From: Peribacillus sp. RS7
GTDB lineage: Bacteria; Bacillota; Bacilli; Bacillales; DSM-1321
Direction: 5' to 3'
Length of the DNA: 24,000 nt
NCBI RefSeq assembly: GCF_041956845.1
Contig: NZ_CP168135.1
Span: 911,353 to 935,352, forward strand
Shown: in pieces, positions 15,563-21,752 of the stretch
How positions within the stretch are numbered: position 1 is the first letter of the stretch
Layout: every line of letters begins with the position of its first letter
The notes under the pieces: model-generated
Seen by the model: only the letters and a program-made list of their open reading frames with translations
Told to the model about the DNA's origin: nothing
Database searches by the model: none
Program-made: the position numbers and the translations under genes

Positions 15563-16021
15563 TCATGATCCACTTGTTTCTGCTTCAGCTACCTTTTTGA
15601 CACGTTCTAAAAATTCAACTACCACTTTATCGGTAGCAAACAATAATAATATTTTTAAAAACCATTTTAACGGGCGACTTGTGACTGTATATGTAAAGGA
15701 AGTCTTATTGTCATTGATTTTATTTAGTTCATAAAGAGCTGTAATTTCAAACATTTTAGCAAGTATAAAGCCTACTTTTAGCTTCTTCTCATTAGTTTCA
15801 TTCAAGTATTCTAATGTTTCTATATCATACTCTTCCGTTCGTTTTCCTTCTCTATATTTTTGGCGATATACACTTCCAACTACTTCTTCCGTTATTTTAA
15901 CGGGCTTTTGTTCAACCACCTGAGGCATGATTCGTTGCATATTCTCTACAGAACCATCAAGAAATTTCCAAACCTGTTCAATTGGGGCGTTTATTTCTAT
16001 TTCTCTTGTCCATTTTTTCAA
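15563..16021 (-). CDS. SRPBCC-superfamily protein (polyketide cyclase/dehydrase-like ligand-binding fold)
   Basis: ORF track 152 aa. The N-terminus MKKWTREIEINAPIEQVWKFLDG is typical of SRPBCC/START-like proteins. Confidence 0.7.
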   Translation of the reverse strand: MKKWTREIEINAPIEQVWKFLDGSVENMQRIMPQVVEQKPVKITEEVVGSVYRQKYREGKRTEEYDIETLEYLNETNEKKLKVGFILAKMFEITALYELNKINDNKTSFTYTVTSRPLKWFLKILLLFATDKVVVEFLERVKKVAEAETSGS

Positions 16022-16222
16022 AGAAAATCACCTCTACTTACATTATATTCACTTTTTCTTAAATATAGGCAAAATAATGCAAGTTTTGTTTTCCTTATTT
16101 AAGAGGCAACAACTCTTTTTTGAATTTAAATATCTTTCTGTCAATAAATTACTTTATTAAATTCCTCCCATTTAGTGTTATTCTTGTATAATAGACCAAA
16201 TTGTAATTTTCAGGAGAATCCA

Positions 16223-17491
16223 ATGAATTTTATTTATATTAATCAAAATATATTAGATAATCTCTTTTATATTTTAGTAAGCATTTTGATTTATTACATT
16301 TTATTAGATCATGGCAAAAGGTTAAATCAGTATCGCAAGACCCTTATTACTGCATGCATGAGCATTCCCATTATATTATGTATGAAGTTCCCTATTTATA
16401 TAGATGAATATTGTGTCCATGACCTCAGGCAAATTCCTTTTATAATAGGGACACTTTATGGTGGTTGGCCTGTAGGGGCTGCCCTGTTAGTCATAATATT
16501 AACAGTTAGGTTTGCTTTTTATGGTTTCAATTTACTTACGTTAATTGTTTATATCGTTATATTTATTATAACGGCTCTATTTTCTTCCAAATTCAAAAAT
16601 TTTAATAGAAAAAATAAGCTAAATAGCTCGATACTATTAATTTTGTTTCTAGGAATCCTAACCAGCTTTATTTCACTCGTTATGTCTGATTATTTTCGAA
16701 TAACGGATGCCTATGTATTTTACTTTATTATCCTTCCTCCTTTCATTATAGGTTTAGCTGTATATATCATGGAAATTTTAAAAGATGCAATTTTAATCCG
16801 TACACAAATGGTAAGGCTTGAAAAGATGGAGATAGTTAGTCAGCTTGCAGCTAGTATTTCACATGAAGTCAGGAATCCTTTAACGGTTGTGAAAGGATTT
16901 GTTCAACTGCTAAAGGATTCTGATATTTCTCAAGAAGTAAAAGAACAATATATAAAACATATTGTTAGAGAACTTGATAGTGCAGAATCAATTATTAGTG
17001 AATACTTAGCATTTGCCAAACCTGCAATTGAAAAAGTGGATACTATTTTAATTAACCGTGAAATAGGATATGTAATTGAAATGATAAGACCTTTAGCTAA
17101 CATGAATTTAGTTAATATATCAGAACAGTTGACTCCAGGCACTACCCGCGGGAATATTCAACATTTCAAGCAATGCTTCCTAAACCTGATTAAAAATGGT
17201 ATCGAGGCTATGCCAAATGGCGGGGAACTTAGTATTGTTTCCTATATTAATAATTCCGGCATGATTATCGAAATAAGTGACAATGGAATAGGAATGAACA
17301 AAGAACAAATAAATCGTTTTGGCGAACCTTATTACAGTTCCAAAGAAAAAGGGACAGGGCTAGGATCTATGGTAGCTGTTAAGACCATCCAAACGATGAA
17401 TGGTTCACTTCATATAAATAGCATTTTGAATAAGGGAACAACGATTTCAGTAACACTTCCCGTTTATCATGAAGATAATCCTAAAAAATAA
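16223..17491 (+). CDS. Orphan sensor histidine kinase with 5TMR-LYT-type membrane domain and sporulation-kinase-like HisKA
   Basis: Preferred start ATG 16223 (RBS AGGAGA 5 nt upstream, TATAAT at 16187-16192). The track start 16175 overlaps that -10. Membrane domain with DLRQIPFIIGTLYGGWPVG. H-box: QLAASISHEVRNPLTVVKGFVQLL. N, G1 and G2 boxes: NLIKNGIEAM, ISDNGIGM, GTGLGS. No response regulator nearby. Confidence 0.85.
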   Translation: MNFIYINQNILDNLFYILVSILIYYILLDHGKRLNQYRKTLITACMSIPIILCMKFPIYIDEYCVHDLRQIPFIIGTLYGGWPVGAALLVIILTVRFAFYGFNLLTLIVYIVIFIITALFSSKFKNFNRKNKLNSSILLILFLGILTSFISLVMSDYFRITDAYVFYFIILPPFIIGLAVYIMEILKDAILIRTQMVRLEKMEIVSQLAASISHEVRNPLTVVKGFVQLLKDSDISQEVKEQYIKHIVRELDSAESIISEYLAFAKPAIEKVDTILINREIGYVIEMIRPLANMNLVNISEQLTPGTTRGNIQHFKQCFLNLIKNGIEAMPNGGELSIVSYINNSGMIIEISDNGIGMNKEQINRFGEPYYSSKEKGTGLGSMVAVKTIQTMNGSLHINSILNKGTTISVTLPVYHEDNPKK

Positions 17492-17510
17492 ATGAAGAAT
17501 CTTTTCATAA

Positions 17511-17540
17511 AAAAAGTCCGCCATTATCGGCGGACTTTCA
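17511..17540 (+). terminator. Terminator hairpin after the kinase gene (hairpin H1)
   Basis: AGTCCGCC-attatc-GGCGGACT followed by TTTC. Nearly identical to the hairpin at 17944-17972. Confidence 0.55.
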
Positions 17541-17608
17541 AACTGTAGACAAACTCGATGAAAACTCAGTTTGCTTGCAGTTTTTTATTTAAAAAGTTCA
17601 GATGATTT

Positions 17609-17729
17609 CAGAAATCCGCTCCCTTTCCGCCGACTGCCTGCCAAGCCTCCTCGGCGCAAGCGGGCGCAAGCGCCTGTGGGGTCTCGGCTAGCCAGTAATT
17701 CGGCAGGAGTGTCGCAAATTTCTTCAATC
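17609..17729 (-). repeat. GC-rich intergenic repeat, copy 2 (inverted relative to copy 1)
   Basis: The reverse complement reads gattgaa..actcctgc..gagaccccacaggcgc..gccgagg..cggaaagggag, with the same block order as 15373-15492. Confidence 0.6.
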
Positions 17730-17769
17730 CAATGAGGATTACAGTAAAAAACCATAATAACCGGAGCAT

Positions 17770-17945
17770 TTTATTCGACCAGCTACACTGTCTTGGGCCA
17801 TTGACGCAGTTTATCGACCTAAACCACACAATATTCGGCCGTTCACGCACAGTATTCGACCTATCCCACATAGTATTCGACCGTTCATGTTCGACCTTCA
17901 CCTCACTATATTCGGACTCTGAACCCCTTTTATATTCAAACAGAA
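17770..17945. repeat. Degenerate tandem array, about 8 units of about 20-21 bp with core TATTCGACC
   Basis: Units: ttattcgaccagc, tttatcgacctaa, atattcggccgtt, agtattcgacctat, agtattcgaccgtt, gttcgaccttc, tatattcggactc, tatattcaaacag. The track ORFs 17608-17901 and 17732-18061 (for example WDRSNTVRERPNIVWFRS) are translations of this array. Confidence 0.65.
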
Positions 17946-17972
17946 CTCCGCCTTTATCGGCGGACTTTTTTC
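17944..17972 (-). terminator. Terminator hairpin after the UvrA-like gene (hairpin H2; T-runs on both strands)
   Basis: TCCGCC-tttatc-GGCGGA followed by CTTTTTT on the plus strand. On the minus strand it lies 19 nt after the stop at 17991. Confidence 0.6.
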
Positions 17973-17990
17973 AATTGAGTGCTGTTAAAT

Positions 17991-20900
17991 TTATTTTTTC
18001 TGTTCAAGGCATTGATGAACCGCCATCATATCTCGTTTGTTCAATTCACGAATCCGGTTGAAAATGGGAATATCGGCAACGGCCTCGGTACGTTCACTTT
18101 CTGCCACGACATCCCTTACTTTCCCTGTCAGCCAGGTCTGCACGTCGATGTCTTCGACGATTGCTTTACGCCCTTCATCATCGATGCCACTGGCATGACA
18201 ACTCACACAGGGTATCGTTAATTTATACACACCGTCATGGATGTTATCTTCTGAAATGACTTTCTTCCCATTACAGAATGGGCATTTATGACTTGCTTTT
18301 ACTTTATTGATTTGGGTAACGATTTTTTTGTAGCCAAATGCTTCATAGACATAGGTTAGTTTTTTGTATTTGCCATTGGTGAAGTATTTATCAATAATGG
18401 TTTCTCTTGTTTCGTTAATATTGGCAAAGTCACAGATGGTGATCTGGTTTTTGCTGCTGATTGCTTCGATATTGCCTTTAATGCTGCCCCAGAATGGCAG
18501 GGTATTTTGTAAAACCACTTCATAGCCGACGAAGCTTGCCAGTTCCAGTTCGAGCATTTTCAACGCCGCTTTTGTTTCCCGAGGAAGGAATGAGACATCA
18601 TCTGTAAGTGCGATATCGCCCCCCACAATCGCTTTTAGTTTTTCCAGTTCTGGAAGCTTCCCAACAATTTTGATGACTTGATCAATCGGCTGTTGGATGA
18701 TCTCGCGAATGTCTGTATCACCAAATGTCAGTTTTTTATGATGCTTGAGGATCGTTCCTTGACAGACAGGACAGGCGATCATCTCTTTTGATGCTTTCAT
18801 CTGCTCTTTAATGATCGATTTCGATATGAACATATAACGTCCAATGATGAAATTGAATCCTTCCCATGTTCTTGATGCCTTGCCTGCTTTATCGTAAAAG
18901 GACTTTTCCCAATACCCATATAAGAAGGTCTGCTTTTCGGCATCTGTCATCTCATTATAGCTTTTACTAATGTCGTGACCGAGTTCATTCTTGATCTCAT
19001 CAAACAGGAATTGCAGTTTTGAATGTTGATAATATTTTAGTACTTCCATCACGTCTGGATGTAATAAGCCATCCCAGAATGGCACGTTTTTGTCTTGAAT
19101 GACGACATCAAAGTCAAATTTTTCAATGACCCTGCGGCCCGAACAGCTTGGACAATGATTTTCTGCAGAATAGAAATCGAAGCTTCTTGTATCTTTATTG
19201 GTTGGATGTGCAGCCACTATATGGTTGATCATTCCGCCCAATTCATAAAGAAACGTATATTGACTGTACAAGTGCCGTTCAAGATCGATGGCGATCACAG
19301 GTGCAATCGTGTCTGATTCGTATTCACCATAAATCACACGAGCGATTGGTGATAGGCTTTTTAAAATGCCGCCCTTATAGACGTTCTCTGCCTTTTTGAA
19401 ATAGTCCAGATGATTTTCCTGTAAATAATTGATGCCATTTTTTGACCGGAGTGTAGAAGTGATTTGCAATGGTTCCACTTGAACCTCACTGTTATTGTGT
19501 CGAAAATGATCATCATGACTGACAACGTCAAGATGTTGGACAGGTGTTAGCTGTCGTTTACCAAAATCAACGATATAATCCGAGCTATCCAGCATATAAC
19601 CATTATGTTCTATCATGATGATGGAGACGGATTCATCCTCCAGGATGACCCTGACACTATCGATGAATTGGTTTAAAATGTTTTGGGATAACCCTTTTGA
19701 AGGCTCGTCAAAAATGAACAGCGTATGCGGGTTTCTTGTCTTCGCGAAAAGCTCGGAAACTAAGTGGACACATTGAAATTCACCCGTCGATAGTGTTTGT
19801 GTTTTTCTTTCCAACGTCAAATAACCAAGCCCAAGTTTGATCAATAAGCTCAAGCGTTTATGAGCGATGTCTTCATTTGGCAATTCTTCGATGATATCTT
19901 CAATCGAACGCAGAAAAATATCATCAATTTCATCACTGTATTTGGTTAGTTTCTTTTTAATATCAAGAAATGTCGCAACGGTTGATCGACTGGTAATCGA
20001 TTTGTTTCGATCCTGCCCGACCATGACCAGTTTATCTTTTGGATACCGCTTCTGAAAATCTTTAGAGATACATTCATTGACAAGTGTAGATTTCCCACAA
20101 CCTGACTCACCCGTAAAGGTAACCAGCCTATTCTTGGGAATCCGGATTTCTTCCATTTGAATATTACGGCAGTAAAGATCCTGAAATTGATAGTATTCCA
20201 TTGGCGCTGCTTCATTTCGTTCCCAGGCGATTGGTTTGGGACGTGGTGATTCCTCAACAATTTTCCCGCCATATTTCCCGCTGCCAGGTCCAAAGAACAA
20301 TTGTTCATTTGTGCTATCTAATACCGTGTCTGAGTGATCAATGAGCCAAATTTGATTCTTATATCCTAATTGCTTAATCTGTTCCAAAATTTTCAATAGG
20401 GTTTGATGATCAAGACCGACGGAGATTTCATCAATGATGATCACGGTATTTTCACTTGTTGCCATAAATTCGGCCAAGTAAAGCCGTGTTAATTCTCCCC
20501 CTGATACTGTCCCCATAATACGATTTAAACTTAAATAACCAATATTCATATTGATTATATTTTGGAGAATATGCTGTTTAGCTTCACTAATATGTAATGT
20601 CTCTGCGAGTGAAAGGATCGTTTCGATGCTTAAGTTGTTGATATCGGAAATAGTATGCGGGCGATCTAATAATTCAATCGTATATTGCTCGACTTCTTGA
20701 TTGTAGCGTTTCCCCTCACACTTTGGACATTCGACATTTTTCGTCGTACCGCGTCCTTTACAAGTGGGGCACCAGCCTAAGGCATTATTAAATGAAAAAA
20801 CTTCCGGAGAAAGATTGAATTTTTCAGCAAGACAAACACGAATCTCTTTAAAGACACCAGTATGTGTGCCAATGGTTGAACGGGGATTGGCTGAAATGGA

Positions 20901-21161
20901 TGATTTGCCGAGAAAAAGGACCAGCGGCATTTCCTCCATCTTGATGGCGCTGAAGTTGGTTTCCATAATATTAGGAAATAAATATTGATATTCAGACTTG
21001 GGCAATAAGGAAACGAGACGCTTCTTGGATTCTTCCCCAATGGTTTGACAAAAAGTCGTCTTCCCGGAACCGGATAACCCAGCAATTCCTAATGATTGAT
21101 CGTCTTGAAGTGCTGCATCTAAATGGTTTATATTGTTCGCTATTAATCGATTTATTTTCAT
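17991..21161 (-). CDS. Non-canonical UvrA-family ABC ATPase with multiple CxxC zinc modules: two intact NBDs plus a degenerate third UvrA-like half
   Basis: ORF track 1056 aa, RBS GGAGAGGAG. NBD1: GLSGSGKT, NPRSTIGT, FSFN plus CPTCKGRG...CPKCEGKRY, VSGGE, IIIDE, IDHS. NBD2: GESGCGKST, LSTGE, LFIFDEPSKG, MIEHN. C-terminal half: FDFYSAENHCPSCSGRR, CPVCQGT, CPFCNGKK...CVSCHASG, with no Walker A. Confidence 0.8.
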   Translation of the reverse strand: MKINRLIANNINHLDAALQDDQSLGIAGLSGSGKTTFCQTIGEESKKRLVSLLPKSEYQYLFPNIMETNFSAIKMEEMPLVLFLGKSSISANPRSTIGTHTGVFKEIRVCLAEKFNLSPEVFSFNNALGWCPTCKGRGTTKNVECPKCEGKRYNQEVEQYTIELLDRPHTISDINNLSIETILSLAETLHISEAKQHILQNIINMNIGYLSLNRIMGTVSGGELTRLYLAEFMATSENTVIIIDEISVGLDHQTLLKILEQIKQLGYKNQIWLIDHSDTVLDSTNEQLFFGPGSGKYGGKIVEESPRPKPIAWERNEAAPMEYYQFQDLYCRNIQMEEIRIPKNRLVTFTGESGCGKSTLVNECISKDFQKRYPKDKLVMVGQDRNKSITSRSTVATFLDIKKKLTKYSDEIDDIFLRSIEDIIEELPNEDIAHKRLSLLIKLGLGYLTLERKTQTLSTGEFQCVHLVSELFAKTRNPHTLFIFDEPSKGLSQNILNQFIDSVRVILEDESVSIIMIEHNGYMLDSSDYIVDFGKRQLTPVQHLDVVSHDDHFRHNNSEVQVEPLQITSTLRSKNGINYLQENHLDYFKKAENVYKGGILKSLSPIARVIYGEYESDTIAPVIAIDLERHLYSQYTFLYELGGMINHIVAAHPTNKDTRSFDFYSAENHCPSCSGRRVIEKFDFDVVIQDKNVPFWDGLLHPDVMEVLKYYQHSKLQFLFDEIKNELGHDISKSYNEMTDAEKQTFLYGYWEKSFYDKAGKASRTWEGFNFIIGRYMFISKSIIKEQMKASKEMIACPVCQGTILKHHKKLTFGDTDIREIIQQPIDQVIKIVGKLPELEKLKAIVGGDIALTDDVSFLPRETKAALKMLELELASFVGYEVVLQNTLPFWGSIKGNIEAISSKNQITICDFANINETRETIIDKYFTNGKYKKLTYVYEAFGYKKIVTQINKVKASHKCPFCNGKKVISEDNIHDGVYKLTIPCVSCHASGIDDEGRKAIVEDIDVQTWLTGKVRDVVAESERTEAVADIPIFNRIRELNKRDMMAVHQCLEQKK

Positions 21162-21372
21162 TTGTAACTCCTCTCCATTTTATTAAGCTCAGTCTTTCAT
21201 ATTAGCACAGCGACAAATGTATTTGGTATTTTTTTAACGGTAGCCCCATTTTACTATTCTTTCACATTCCGCTGCTCCAAAAACGTATGATTCATCGACA
21301 AAAATCGTGGACTTAGGATAGGTTTTTTTCCATTATCAATAAAATGATTAGAGCCTTCTTATAACTTATAAA

Positions 21373-21396
21373 AGCCCCTCTCGATTAAGAGAAGGG
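21373..21396 (-). terminator. Terminator after sspL
   Basis: Minus strand GCCCTTCTC-ttaatc-GAGAGGGGC (one mismatch), followed by TTTTATAAGTT. Confidence 0.55.
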
Positions 21397-21436
21397 CATT
21401 CTTTACGAAGTATGACCATATTTTTGCCCAATACAC

Positions 21437-21571
21437 TTATTTTGTATTGGACTTTTTTGCCTTGTTTTCAAGCTCGCTTTTGGGCTCAGTGGCGAATTCG
21501 ACATCTTTTCCATGTCCCTGCGGGTTAACACTTGGTGCGATTTGGCCTCTTCCTGCTGTCTTTTTACTCAT
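21437..21571 (-). CDS. sspL: Small acid-soluble spore protein, SspL-like (44 aa)
   Basis: ATG 21571 is preceded by GGAGGTG at 6 nt. Product: MSKKTAGRGQIAPSVNPQGHGKDVEFATEPKSELENKAKKSNTK. From memory, this resembles B. subtilis SspL (..TPQGD..DPKTELEERAKKSNTKR). The 99-aa track ORF extends upstream across the helD terminator and is not credible. Confidence 0.55.
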   Translation of the reverse strand: MSKKTAGRGQIAPSVNPQGHGKDVEFATEPKSELENKAKKSNTK

Positions 21572-21681
21572 TTCCTTCACCTCCAAGTATATTATGTCCG
21601 AACTGTTGTAAATTAAAATGGAGGTCCTTTCTTTCTGTGAACTTCTGCCTGCGATCAGGAATTTATAAAGAGTACCCCAAT

Positions 21682-21714
21682 AAAAAACCTGCATAGAACT
21701 AAAGTCTACACAGG
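21682..21714 (-). terminator. Terminator after helD
   Basis: Minus strand CCTGTGTAGA-ctttagt-TCTATGCAGG followed by TTTTTTATT. Confidence 0.6.
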
Positions 21715-21752
21715 TTTCAAAAAAGTTGTTTTCCATATTCGGGCCCTCTTTG

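Noticed and set aside
15338-15573. Track ORFs 15338-15568 (+) and 15361-15573 (-)
   Set aside because: The two mutually antisense ORFs lie entirely inside a GC-rich repeat and have no RBS. The open frames are a composition artefact.
16175-16222. Track start codon 16175 for the histidine kinase
   Set aside because: It has no RBS and would overlap the TATAAT at 16187-16192. ATG 16223 has AGGAGA at ideal spacing.
17770-17945. Tandem repeats considered as a CRISPR array
   Set aside because: The period is only about 20 bp, with no unique spacers between units. The units are degenerate, and no cas genes or leader are present.
17608-18061. Track ORFs 17608-17901 (-) and 17732-18061 (+)
   Set aside because: They are translations of the GC-rich repeat and the 20-bp array (periodic DRSNTV-like peptides). 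They cross terminator hairpins and have no RBS.
17991-21161. Calling the 1056-aa protein canonical uvrA
   Set aside because: The domain order differs from UvrA: a compact NBD1, a minimal NBD2, and a Walker-less third half. There is no recognisable UvrB-binding segment and no adjacent uvrB.
21240-21300. LexA (Cheo box, GAAC-N4-GTTC) upstream of the UvrA-like gene
   Set aside because: The best candidate, GAATCATACGTTT on the minus strand, has wrong half-site spacing and mismatches. It is not convincing.
21590-21596. Sigma-G-type -10 (CATAATA on the minus strand) as the sspL promoter
   Set aside because: It lies only about 6 nt from the RBS, so transcription would start inside the Shine-Dalgarno sequence. 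No matching -35 at 17-18 bp.
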